From Trichodelitschia bisporula (taxonomy: Eukaryota), in contig ML996688.1 of assembly GCA_010356995.1 (NCBI GenBank), positions 1,462,579-1,526,578 of the forward strand: 64,000 nt of DNA, given 5' to 3'. Numbering within the stretch: the first letter of the stretch is position 1; each line of letters opens with the position of its first letter. A program made the position numbers and the translations under genes. Under the pieces are notes generated by a model, which had not been told where the DNA came from, searched no databases, and was given only the letters and a program-made list of their open reading frames with translations. Positions 24,437-36,722 of the stretch are shown in pieces.

Positions 24437-25247
24437 TTACTGCGTCTTATCGGCAGTAGCACGGAGCTTCTCCGAGGTCGCGCCGCCACGGATGAAGTAG
24501 CGCGCGAAGACGGGCTGAATGAACGAGTTGTAGACGACCTGGGCACCGCTTTTGAGGGGTCAGCATGTGGAACTTGGTGACTGAGCTGTGACGTACCTGG
24601 TCTGGGGAAGAGCCATCCAGAGGACGAGGACGAACTTGAAGGTGTAGTAGAAGGGGAACCAGTACACGGCATTGACGGCGCTCTCGAAGAAGCTGTACTA
24701 CGTTAGTGGACGACTCGAAGCTTGCCATTCAACTTACGTCAGGAAAGAGTAGACTACCCAGTACTGTTGAGTTAATGTTAGCATCGGGTATACCTCTCGT
24801 TTGCGCTTAGGCGGCAGGTTCGAGTCCACTTACGGTGAGCCACTGTGAGAAGTTAGTCAACGCACTCTGCATCATCGAAAAGTTGATAAGCTTACCTGGG
24901 TATCATCGTCCCGCCGGGTAGTGAAAAGAGCATTCAGAGAAAAGTAGGCAGGGATGGCAAAACCGACGGTGTTGACGAGAAAGTTGGCAGCAATGTTGAA
25001 GAAGACAAGGAAGAAGTAGGTGGCCGCAAGACCGAGGACGGCGTACACCTTGGGCACGTTGGTCTGCTTCTCGAAGTTCAGGAGAACCTGGTGCTTCGAC
25101 AGCTACAGACAAAGGTCAGCAAATGGCAATAAATGCATGGAAGCAGCGATGGACGAGGCAAGACATGATGCCACGGTGCACTTATGGGAAACGTACCTCC
25201 TTGTCGAGCTGCGAGATGGAGTGCTGGGCACGATCCTGAATAGACAT
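24437..25247 (-). CDS. YOP1: ER-shaping protein Yop1 (TB2/DP1/HVA22, REEP family), 6 exons
   Basis: MSIQDRAQHSISQLDKE|LSKHQVLLNFEKQTNVPKVY...DDTQ|WLT|YWVVYSFLT|FFESAV..WFPFYYTFKF|SGAQVVY. Confidence 0.93.
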
Positions 25248-26659
25248 TGCGAAGATTTGCAAGCGCGTTGAAGCTACGATATGTGAGAATGAGTAAAGGT
25301 ACGATGAGGTGATGGAGGGAGATAGAGGAAGGTTTTTCGACGGCTTCGGACGGAGGAAGTTTAGTGATGGGGTGGAGGAAGAGCAGGTGTGGGTCTTGGA
25401 AAGGGCAGGAAAGGTAGACTGGGGGGGGGTGGGCACCGAGAGGCTTGGCTTGCGCAAAGGGCGAACGGGCGAGATGACGCTGCCTCGAGACTGGTTGTCT
25501 AGGTTCACTGCCTGCAGAAATGACTTGTGAGAGGATAGAGAGGGCAAGAGGCCACATGCACGTATCATGGATGATGCACCGCTAGTTCGCAGTCACTCCT
25601 GATTGTTGAGCGAGTGTGTGTGCACATGTGAATAAACTACATAATGATTGCCATCTACCGTAGGCTACACTGTCCACAGACAAACACACGCGCCCCAGCT
25701 TGCAGCCCTTGCAAAGGTGTGTTTCTTACCTAGTCATCTTCTCACTCTCTTTCCTTCAAACAACCCCTCACACTCCTTTCATCATGTGCCTCACAGTGCG
25801 TCACACGGGTCTCTGCATATCCGTGTGTGGCAGAAGCCATCACAGTGTACGGAGGTACTCGAGATAGCAGAGGATGGGAGAGAAGAAAGAGAGTACGAGA
25901 TGGAGCATATGTCAGTCGGCATGGCTTGGGACAATAAGCCGTGACCATGCCAACGACAGTATTCTTTACCCTTAATACAGATGTATCAACGGACAACAAG
26001 CAGCAACAGGCGAAAGATATCAAAGAGAGACAACAAGGAGATACGTCGAAGGCAAAGGCAGCATTACTATCAAGCAAATAACGTGACTCAACTCTCGATC
26101 CGGGAGCAGAAGAAGAGGGGAATCTCGGGGCTGCGGTCGGGCCGAGGCGGGCTTGGCGGTTACTCTCGCTCTGTTTGCGAGCGTCCGCTTGCTCCAAGCT
26201 CCGGGTTGCTGTCGAAACTCCAAAACAAGACGGTAAACAGACCCTTCTCTCCACTTTCTCTGTCCTCCCCAAACAACAACCCGACCACGCTGCGCCCACC
26301 ACACCACCATCTGAGCCTAGCTATCTCATCCTGACATCTTTTGTTAAGCGCATGGCATTTTTCATCATTTACTGTCTCCTCCAATCCTCCAATCCGTAAC
26401 GGGCCGCTAAACAAGCCTTACCGCTGACTTTGACCCATTGTTTCCACTTCTCCCAAACCGCAAACACCGCCCAACCGGCCTAGGGCCTCGACACGGTTGC
26501 AGTGCTTTATTGAGCTTGCTCTGTGCCTTTGACTCCTTCACCTCTATTCTTTAGCTCCTCCCTCCATACTCCATTCCTCTGTTCTATCCCACATCTGGAG
26601 GCGCGCAACATCCTCGTCCCACGACTTCGCATTCCTCAGCCCTCCTCGTCTTCGACAGG

Positions 26660-29282
26660 ATGTCAGCGCATAACCGCCGCTCCCGCTCAGAGACTACCGC
26701 GAGCCAGCGGCCTCTTTCGCGCGAGTCAACTGCAAGTGTCCCTTCACGCTCGGCGCAAACACAGCTTCCCGTCGAACAAGTTCACCACAACCACCAATAC
26801 AGCACCGATTTCCTCCCACCCCAACAACATAACACGCACTCATTTGACGCCACTGCCGTTCTTCTTCAGTCGGCTTTGCAAAACGTGCAGCAGGGCGCTC
26901 AACCGAACGTGCCACAACACGCTATGGAGGCATTTCATGGCTTGCCCCAGAACGCTGATGCTCAATCACAAGTTCAAGCGCACCAACAGCAGCAACATTC
27001 TTCGCAGCCCGCATATTATGCGGCTCCGAACATGCAGTTTGCACAATCACAGGGCATGGATTACCAAATGAGCAATACCTCCTCACAACCGGGCCACATT
27101 GCACCCGCCGGCAGTCTTGATGCGACCGATAGAAGCAAGCGTGTATCAAACTCAACGGCTACAAACGATAAAGAACTTCGAGATCTCCTTCGCCAAAACG
27201 ATCACCGGTCATTAAAAGATGTCGCATCCGAGGTCATGGCAACGAACACCACGGCCAAGGCCGAGAAGAGCAAACAGCTCTTCGCTATGCTTTGGTAAGT
27301 TGTGACATCCTGAGTGCCGTCGTTTGTACTTATTTCATTTAGGCTCAGAGCTTTGTGTCGAACTGCAAAGACCTCCGTACCTCGCAGTCGCGTGTACTCT
27401 ACGTATGCCGAGCATTGCGGTGACGAGCGCGTACAACCGTTGAATCCGGCTTCGTTTGGAAAGCTCGTCCGTGTCATCTTTCCTGGAATCCAGACCCGCC
27501 GGTTGGGCGTCCGCGGCGAGTCCAAGTATCACTACGTCGACCTAGCTTTACTTAGGGACCCGCAAGAAGGCGAAGGCCGCCGCCGGAGAGACACGGTCTC
27601 CAGTATCAATCACGCCCACAAGCCTTCAATCGACTTCAACTCCATCCCCCCTTTGAACGCAGACACTTCGGTTATTCCCACGGAGGAACAGTCTTTCCCG
27701 TCGCCCACGTTTGCGCCAAGTGCATCTGCGTCCGCGTCCCTGGACGGATGCGTTTTTGCCGATCCCATGGCAGTCGGATTTCATCCAGCTGGCATACAAA
27801 CTTCAGTCACCTACCCCCAGCCACTGTTATTCCAACCGGCTGAACCGCCTTCTCAGGATAACGACGTGATTCAGCTTCCAGATATCCATAGCTATGCGCC
27901 TCCAAAGACGGATGCGGACGCCGCCGATGCCCTGTCAGCTCTCTATCGCACGCATTGCACGTCCTTGGTTGACTGTGTGCGCTTCTGCAAAGAGAAGCAG
28001 TTCTTCCGCCTCTTTACCTCCTTTCAAGGGACCTTGACAGTTCCGGTCCAGAAACTTCTGGTTCATCCGGATATTGCCCCCTGGATACGAGAGTGCGACT
28101 GGCTCATGTACCAGAAGATGATTCACTATGTTTCGCAACTTACCCTTCAGGTCATTCCACCAGTGGCAATGCGATTTTTGGATACGATCTCAGACAATCT
28201 ACATGGCCACATAACAAAGACCTTTCATGGACTCCCGCGCCACGTCCTGGAGTCCAAACTTGAGCCCGCTACCCTCTTCTCCTCACTCATCAAACGTATG
28301 CTCAAGGTCAACCAAACCGCCCATGCTGCGGCTCGCGTCCTGATCCAGGATGAGTGCCGAGACCAGATGTGGCGTGACTGGGTTACCAAGGTCAATCCGA
28401 AACGGATCATGGAGTGCATCGTCCCTAATTGCGGTTACGAGGAGGTGTATCGTATACTGACACACGACGTGCGCTCCATCCTCCAGCCGCTTTCGCCAGA
28501 GCTTTGGGGAATTGAACAAGGCACCCATTATGAAGCTGCCGCTAGCGTCCCTGCTAGTGGAGCCACTGCCGACACCGTTGTTGAGCGCATCGGGGCCTTC
28601 CTGGACTCCCTGGCTTCGCGTTTCTCGCACACTAACGCCCGGACGCTTATCAACACTATCACCGCCCTGGGGACAGCGGCCTTGCGCGACATCACCGTTG
28701 AGGGTGGTCACAGCTATAACGCATGGTGGATTACCAAAGTATTTGTTGACGAGTTGAGCATCTGGCTCGCGTCACTAGGTGGCTTCCTGGAACACCGGCC
28801 CGGACAGGCGGTGCCGCAGTCCCTGACTCCTATCTCGAATACTGGGACGCAATTCCCCAACGGCGAAGAGGCCGGCAGCGGCGAAGGGAGCCGCCAGCAG
28901 AGCCGCTATAGCAGCATTGACTACCAGCCCGTGCTGGCGCCGAACACAGGACCTTCGCAGCCTGAAGGTGAGACAATCAACTTCTCGTATAGCGGGGGTC
29001 CATGAACTGAAGTGTTTAGCGGTTTCCAATAGCCAACAGCCGTCGTTCCATGAAGCTCAGCCCGGTTCACAGCCGCATTTCAGCCAGCTAGGCATGGATG
29101 CAAGCTTCCATTCTGCATCGCGTCCGGATTCCAGCCACGATTTACACGACGATAGCGGTATCGGTCTCGGACTGCTCGACCAAAGCTTTTCTGATGTCAA
29201 ACCGCAGCACGTGGACCAGATATCGCAGTTCGCAAACCAGTTCCCGCCCCACGGAACGGCACTTCTCCCGCGATCCTTATGA
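26660..29282 (+). CDS. RFX1: RFX winged-helix transcription factor (CpcR1/RfxA/Sak1-like)
   Basis: EKSKQLFAMLW|L; SVPRSRVY; PLNPASFGKLVRVIFPGIQTRRLGVRGESKYHY. Introns 27295-27342 and 28968-29019. Confidence 0.9.
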
Positions 29283-30145
29283 GGCAACAGTGAGGATGAT
29301 GGGACTGTGAGAAAATGTAACGCGAAACGACTTGTACGAGTGATGATTGGGGCATAGGGGGCACTGGGACACGGAGGGAAGATACCATAGAAGGTTCCAG
29401 GCGGTGCATGTCTATATTGTAATCACGTAGGAGTGGGTGGAGTTGGGAGCACGGTTTGTTTTTGCCATTGGCTGGCAAGCGGCGTTGCTTGCTGTGGGCT
29501 CGGACGTTGTACGGGTCATGGTTTGGTGAATTGGGTATGGGCAGGTCTTCGGGCTGGCGAGCGTATTTGCGGTTGAGTCGGTATCCCGCGCTTGGTCAGA
29601 TCTTTTTGCCACATGTAATGGCTGAAAAATCTCAGTCTTTCAGCTTGGCTACAGATGATGCTCAACAAAATATTGGCGTGAAGTTCAACGAAGTTTTTGA
29701 GGCAGGCTTCCCTCGATACAGTACGACATCGTCCAAATCTTGAAATATCTTTTTCGACATGAGGCCATGTGCCTGCCGACAGGACTCCGAGCCGGTATCA
29801 CGGCTCGTTTATGATATGCCTCACCTTACTGGAGCTTGATATAGCGGGCGACTTGCTTTATGGTTAAATTTTGAGCCGCATTCAACCGGATGTGCAACGT
29901 CAGCTGCGGTGGAAGCCGGCCGGGCAAGTTGTCAGGACCTTCGCTTCGGCCCGTCGCGAGCTATTTTCAGCCACCCAGTCATCCCGACACCGACAAATCC
30001 ACGCGGTGTCCATTCGTAGCACCGCTTTGTCACTTTCATTCACTCCGCCACCACGACGCGCGTCGCTGCCTTTATATTCCGTCTCGACTTGCGCGCTGCC
30101 CTCCCTTTGATCTGTAAGTCCCTATCCACAGCGAAATATCTAGCA

Positions 30146-30963
30146 ATGGCTCCTCACAATCGCAAAAGGACGCGCCGCACCCCCGACGCTGACGACGAAG
30201 CCTTCGACACCCCCGACGCACCTGCCTTCGCGCCCGAGCCCGCCATGCCCCGCCCGCCCTCCGTCCCGCTTCTTATAGCTGCAATTGGCAACCCCTCCAC
30301 CGCATACAAGAACACGCTGCACAGTGCCGGGCACACGGTGCTGCGCAATGTGCGGACGCACCTCGCGGCGCCGCCCTTCCGGGCCCATTTAGGCGGGGAG
30401 ATCAGCGCGCCCGGGCCGGAGCGCCGTCTTACGCTGCTGGGTGTGCGTGAGGTCCCGCTCGATGCTGCTAGTGATGATGGGTGGGCTTTTTGGATATCGG
30501 GAACGTTTATGAATGTGAGCGGGCCGGCGGTTAAGCGGGTTTGGGACCGGTGGAGGAGGGAGGGTGGACAGCACGGGGTGAGGAGCAAGTATGGCTGTTT
30601 GGTGGTGGTGCATGATGAGCTTGAGAAGCCGGTGGGGGAGGTTACGGTGAGGGAGGGGGGGAGTAGTGCGAAGTGGGTGTTCTGGGTCTGAGCTTCTTGG
30701 AGATGAGAAGTGAAGGCATTTGAGAAGCGAGTGTTGACGGTTCTAGGGGCCACAACGGCATCAAATCTATACAAGCAGCTCTGGGCTCCAATACGCCCTG
30801 GGTACGCATTGGTGTGGGCATCGGTCGTCCCGCCAGTCGCGAGGCGGATGTAGTCTCCAAGCATGTGCTGCGCAAGATGACCCCCGCAGAGGAGCGGCGC
30901 ATCGAAGCGGCTACGCCAGAGGTCTTGCAACTGTTACGGGATATTGCTGATGGCGTGCGATGA
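30146..30963 (+). CDS. PTH1: Peptidyl-tRNA hydrolase (bacterial-type Pth1)
   Basis: IGNP, TLHSAG, FMNVSG, VVHDEL, then intron 30673-30746, then GHNGIKS and RIGVGIGRP. Stop codon at 30961-30963. Confidence 0.88.
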
Positions 30964-33034
30964 GTAAACACGGCATGGGCTGTACTGCAGGCATGGCGAA
31001 TCCGCGGCGCGGGAACGGAGAGCCGGTTTGGGAAGGTGGTGTTTGAGGTGGATCCGGTTGAGCGGTTCCCGGAGAGGGGATGGCGGCGTGGCTGAGTGGG
31101 GGTAATGGGCAGTGGGCAATGGACAAACGGGCGAATGGTATGCTCGGTCGCCTTGTGGGTGGGATGAGGCTAATTGGCGTACAGCTTGATGGATGGCTGC
31201 GAGACTAGAGTGTGGGCCTGTGTTAAGATCCCCTCATGGTTCATGATCCTATCACTCTGTGCAAAGAACCGGAGGCAGCTTGAAACCATGGCTCGGGCTT
31301 GCATTGCTGGCTTTTGTTCTGGCATGGACGTAGACGTAGACAAAGAGCCTATATAGAAAGAGCAAACACAACCCACATCGAGAGGCTGAATGTCAAGATC
31401 GCCAATCCTATGAATGAAGCAGCCGCTTCTTGGCCTGCATTCTAGTTCTAGGCTTACCATACATGCATTTCAGCTCACCAGCCAGGTTAGCCGCGAACCA
31501 AGAGAAGCTGGGCATGGCCGTCGACGCAAGGACAACTTCCCAAAGAGGTCAATGCTCGGCGTCCTATAGCTGTTGGTGCGTTGTTCTCCGTTCAACGAAG
31601 GATCCGATCGGATATGCGAGCCTGCAGAAGAGAGATGAGAGAGAAGCACATACCTTTCGGCTGCATGGGCGCCGGCGGGCTTCGATCTACTACGAGATCC
31701 CTTCATACTGTGCTCCGAATATGCTGTGCCTAATCCTACTTCCCAGAGTTTGTCTCTTCCTTATGGCCTATGACCTTGGCGGTGGTATCACGGCGGAATC
31801 AAACCAAAGGATCCGGGATCTCGGCTCTGTTGCTACAAGGTTGGACACCTACTTAGCCGCAGGAGCCGTAGCACGGCTACTAGCGTCAGCTCTTACCGCA
31901 GCCATAATGGCATGATGGGAGTACCTTGCGGTGAGCACTGGATGCCTGCATTCCCTTGGAAGGGACGGATGATCGGGGTAAGAAAGCCATTCGCCTTGGA
32001 TGCTCATGTGTTGGCTGGTCTACGATCTTTCACATTTTTCAAAATCAAACTCAGACAAGGCGTAGTTTCTGGACTCGAAGGATCCCATTCCTTACCGGTA
32101 TTCGATGCTTGGTGGAGATCGTCATGGCTGGCAATGAGACAGCGCGGCTGGATGCCTTGATGCCTTGCGGTGGAAAATGGCTCCCGCCATGATCGCCCAG
32201 TAGGAAGGCTGCGCTAGTCCTCTCGGTAAACCCTAATGATTAAGGTTTCGAGCCAGTTCCTCAAGTGCTGAAGATAGCTTCAGCGAATCGAGCCCTGTCT
32301 GGAGCGAGCCGATACTCGTGGAAGCCACCGACAAAACCGCTGTGACATTCCAGGTACATGAGAACTCTCACATTTTCAGTTCGATCGGATGTCTGTGCTA
32401 CCGACGTTGGCCCATGCTTCGTACCGTTGGATTGACACGCATATCAGCCAGTGGCCCAGACTCCAGTAGACTTGAATCCTGTTGTTGGTGGCTGGCAAAC
32501 CCGCCACCCTAATGGTCGGCTATAAACCAGATACGGGCACCCTTGTCGCCCCAAGATTTGGTGATTATGTGAAACAACGGCGGTAGGGATGCTGAAGGAT
32601 GCAAGTGGGGTGTCAGTGACGATTTCGTAGACTCGAAGACAGCGGGTATCTCAGTGTGTCTTATCTGATTGATTCGAATCTTCATATATTTGACCTTTTA
32701 GCACGGCGCGGGGCACGGAATCCACAGACTTACAAGCGGGAACCCTTGATATCAACCACCTCAGTCTAGTAAATGCTCAAAGTCTAGACACCTGCATGCA
32801 CACCTCAGGTGGATGGTCACGTTCATGCATCAGCAGCCATAGTGTAACGACGAAAGAAAGAGCAGCAAACCGATCCGGCAGCTGCAACGAAGCGAGCGGG
32901 AGGTAGCATGCACTAGAAGGCTGAATTTGGGCACGGTAGAGCAGACCGTACCTTTACGAGTTTCCCATTTTAGATCCAACTTGGGCCCCAAAGCTCTGGA
33001 AGCAACCGTCCATCCCTTCTCTCCTTCTCTCAAA

Positions 33035-34129
33035 ATGACCTATGCACTTTCGATTGCATCGCCAAAAATTCCCGTCGGATCGTGGGTCCTCATCACCGGA
33101 GTGAATGGTCTCATCGCAAGTCACATCGCCGACCAGCTGCTCCAGGCGGGTTACAATGTCCGCGGAACGGTCCGAAACCCGGACAAGAATGCCTGGATGA
33201 CCGACTACTTTGCGCAAAAGTACGATAAGGCCAAGTTCGAGCTCGTCCAAGTAGCAGACTTTGCGCTGCCTGGCGCCTTCTACGAGGCTGTCAAAGGTGT
33301 CGCAGGTGTCGTGCACACCACCGCGGCCGTCCACCTGTCATCGACCAGTCCGGACCCGACAATCAAAGACAGGATCACTACTGTTCTGTCAGTGTTCTCC
33401 AGCGCTCTCAAGGAGCCATCTATTAAAAGCATCGTTGTTACGAGCTCTGCTTGGGCCGCTGCCTCCCCCGCGCCGGATGTTGAGTTCACCATCACTGAGG
33501 ACACATGGAATGAACAGGCAGTTGCGGACGCCTGGGCCGTTGGAACACCTCGGTCTCATGGCATGAGCATCTTCATGGCCGCCATGGCGGAGTCTGAGCA
33601 GAGAGTGTGGCAATGGGTGAAGGAAGAAACCCCGCAGTTCACTGTCAATGCCGTACTTCCGGACACGGTCTTTGGCGCGATTCTGGAGCCAAGTCAACAG
33701 GGTGCTCCAAGTACGGCGGGCTTTGTAAAAATGATGTTCGACAGTCAAGGCTTAGACTTCCTGAAGCTCATACAGCCTCAATGGTTTTGCGACGTGCTGG
33801 ATACAGCTCGGCTTCATGTCGCTGCGCTGCTCGTCCCAGATCTTGAGAGCCAACGCATCTTCGCATACGGCGGACAGTGGAATTGGAACGACGTTCTCGC
33901 AATTTTCCGAAAGATATACCCGGATCGCGAGTTTATCGCCGACCTGCCGTTGGGGAAAGACCTCAGCAAGGTACCACCTCGGGAGAAGTCGCTGGCGTTG
34001 CTGCGAACCGCATACGGCCAAACCGAGTGGACAGGGCTTGAGGTTTCAATCAAGGCGAACGTTGCCAGTTTTGGCAACGGCAAGGCGACGGCAGGTGGGG
34101 CTGTGGTGGAAAGTTTGACCGGAAGGTAG
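33035..34129 (+). CDS. Aldehyde reductase II-like NAD(P)-dependent epimerase/dehydratase (extended SDR)
   Basis: Intronless. VLITGVNGLIASHIADQLL, VRGTVR, VVTSS, NAVLP, DVLDTARLHVAAL, NWNDVLAIFRK. Confidence 0.87.
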   Translation: MTYALSIASPKIPVGSWVLITGVNGLIASHIADQLLQAGYNVRGTVRNPDKNAWMTDYFAQKYDKAKFELVQVADFALPGAFYEAVKGVAGVVHTTAAVHLSSTSPDPTIKDRITTVLSVFSSALKEPSIKSIVVTSSAWAAASPAPDVEFTITEDTWNEQAVADAWAVGTPRSHGMSIFMAAMAESEQRVWQWVKEETPQFTVNAVLPDTVFGAILEPSQQGAPSTAGFVKMMFDSQGLDFLKLIQPQWFCDVLDTARLHVAALLVPDLESQRIFAYGGQWNWNDVLAIFRKIYPDREFIADLPLGKDLSKVPPREKSLALLRTAYGQTEWTGLEVSIKANVASFGNGKATAGGAVVESLTGR

Positions 34130-34545
34130 AATTGACCAGAACTGTCGATACTGGTGCGGTATATGCGCTGAGCGGGGTAGCGTGGGGGGGGGAAACCTGC
34201 AGGCTAATGGCTTCTCTTACCGCAAACATCCGAGATTCTGAGAGTGTATCTTCTTCTGATAAGACATCACGATTGACTTGTGCGTGAAAGGTGTTGGTTT
34301 GTTTCTTGCACTTTGGTTCAGCTTGACGCAGGGCCGTGTCAGACAAGTGGTTCCCATTCGGATGGAGCCGCATCGCCGAGTCAGTAAGGTTAGCGGTTTG
34401 ATGCCCAACGATCGAGGCTTTCGCCGCTGTCAATTAAGAAACAGTCTAGCGCCATGACAAGTGCACATAATTTTGTCGCAGAAGATATCAAAAGCGATGC
34501 TTTGCAGCCTTTACAGCCAAAAGTGACAGGTGGCGGCGGGCCAAT

Positions 34546-34565
34546 AGAAGCTTCGAGAATCTTCT
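34546..34565 (+). promoter_or_regulatory. Perfect 4-unit heat shock element (HSE) upstream of SIS1, preceded by CCAAT
   Basis: aGAAgcTTCgaGAAtcTTCt (alternating nGAAn units) about 250 bp upstream of the Hsp40 ATG. CCAAT lies at 34541-34545. Confidence 0.85.
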
Positions 34566-34810
34566 GCGAGGTCGGCCCGCGAACATGACGTACGTAATTG
34601 GCTGAGGACAAGGAAGCTCTAGCGTCACCTTGATCTCGTGAGAGGGGATTGGCAACCCGGCGCCGCCTTTCAATGCCCAATCCACCTCACTCCACCGCTT
34701 TCACTGCTTGGATGCACTCACCGTCCCCCCCCTTAACTTTCAAAGAAAACCCATCTTCATAATCCTCCTGGTACCAGTACCCTACATCTGGAGAACCACA
34801 CCTAACGACA

Positions 34811-36097
34811 ATGGTCGCTGAATCGAAGCTCTACGACCAGCTCGGTGCGCGCCACCCCTCACACACTTCCCCTCCTTCTCCATGCTAACATCACCATGAC
34901 CGCAGGCGTCAAGCCGGATGCTTCCCAAGATGAGATCAAGAAAGCCTATCGCAAGATGGCATTGAAATTCCATCCCGACAAAAACAAGGATAACGCTCAA
35001 GCTTCCGAGAAGTTCAAAGGTAAGTTGTTCACCGTGTGCCCCTCACCCCACGGCAAACACCCCGGTTCACCAGCTGACCACGCCCACCATCAGAGGTATC
35101 GCAGGCCTACGAGATCCTTTCGGACCCGGAGAAGCGTAAGACATACGACCAGTACGGCCTCGAATTCATCCTTCGTGGTGGTGCACCCCCTCCACAAGAT
35201 GCTGGCGGACCGACGCCCAACTACGCTGGCGGCTACCCATTTGGTGGTCCTGGTGGTGGTGGTGGCATGCCTGGCGGGGCGCGCACATTTCATTTCTCAA
35301 CTGGAAATGGTGCTGGTTTCAACTTCTCCGACCCCGAAAGCATTTTCGCAGACTTCTTCCGCAGTTCCGGCGGCGACGACGATATGGGCGGCATGCCAAA
35401 CTTCGGCGGGAGCAACTTCAGATTCCAGTCCATGGGAGGCAAGCCGGGGGGTGCTCGCGGGCGAACCACATCGAGCCGGTTTGACGGAGGGCCGCGGGCT
35501 CCGACACCGGAGGTCACAGTCGTCGAGAAGCCGCTACCGCTCACGCTGGAGGAACTGTACAAGGGCACGACGAAGAAGATGAAGATCAAGCGCAAGAAGT
35601 TCGACAACCAGACGATGAAGCAGATGACGGAAGACCGCATACTCGAAGTTCCGATCAAGCCCGGTCTCAAGGCTGGCAGCAAGATCAAGTTTAAGGATGT
35701 GGGCGATCAAGTGGAAGGTGGAACGCAAGACCTACACTTTCTCGTGGAGGAGGTATGCTAGCGCAGCTTGTGTGTCACGATTGATTGCTGACGTACGATA
35801 TAGAAACCGCATCCGCTCTTCAAGCGTGAAGGCGATGACATCCGCCACACGATCCCCCTAGATCTCAAGGAAGCTTTGACCGGTTGGAGCCGCACCGTCC
35901 AGACCATTGATGGAAAGCAACTACAGGTTCGACACGGTGGTCCCACTCAACCAACCTGGACGGAACGTTTCCCCAATCTCGGCATGCCGAAGAGCAAGAA
36001 GCCTGGTGAGCGAGGCGACTTCATTGTTGGCGTTAATATCACCTTCCCGTACTCGCTCACTCAGCAACAGAAGGAGCTGCTGAAGGACGTGTTGTAG
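34811..36097 (+). CDS. SIS1: Type II Hsp40/DnaJ co-chaperone (Sis1/Psi1)
   Basis: [13 protein letters not shown]-domain HPD (KFHPDKN), a G/F-rich linker, and a DnaJ C-terminal domain without a zinc finger. Introns near 34845-34905, 35020-35093 and 35753-35803. Confidence 0.92.
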
Positions 36098-36722
36098 ATC
36101 TGATGGGCTTGCCGAGGGTCAGCAATGGTTCTTGAGGTTGATGTCCACGGCTGCTGCGCTTGTGCTGTTATAGAGAGTTGACGAATTGATGGGCGACGTC
36201 GGAACAGGCTTTGGCGTTTGGGTGTTTACAAATAGCCAGGGCATAAGGCTGAGATGAATTTATGTTACTCCAACTGCATCTGTTACATTTTGTAGATGAC
36301 TGCGCCCTTGTTACATTGCATCTATTCCTTTCCTCGTCACTTCAGTTAATAGTCAGGATATCCTGGCTTTAGCACGTAAAGATGGCGTAGACCGGTGCGC
36401 AAAAGCTTCCTGGAACGCTCAAAACACGGTGAGCTCCCAATAAGCCGTTCTAGGAGCTTATTGCACCCCATTTGAAACAGAATCGGCAAAGGACTTAAGT
36501 GGACCAGATATGCCGTGGCATCACTGGAACCGGATCACTTCGGAGAAGAGATGGCCCGCATGCTCCATGGTTTCGGCGCCAAGTAACTCCGGGCTGCGCC
36601 GCGCGCCCAGTACTTTAGGCACCGCAGCCAACTCCAAACATTTTTCAAGCAACGTATCGTGAAGGCTACCCAAGCTTTCAACCTCAGCAATCGTAGTGCC
36701 AGACTCGATCAAAGGCGTCAAG

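Noticed and set aside
24813..24830. GGTTCGAGTCC B-box/T-loop-like motif in a YOP1 intron
   Set aside because: The T-stem does not close (gcagg versus ccact) and no cloverleaf or A-box can be built, so it is not a tRNA.
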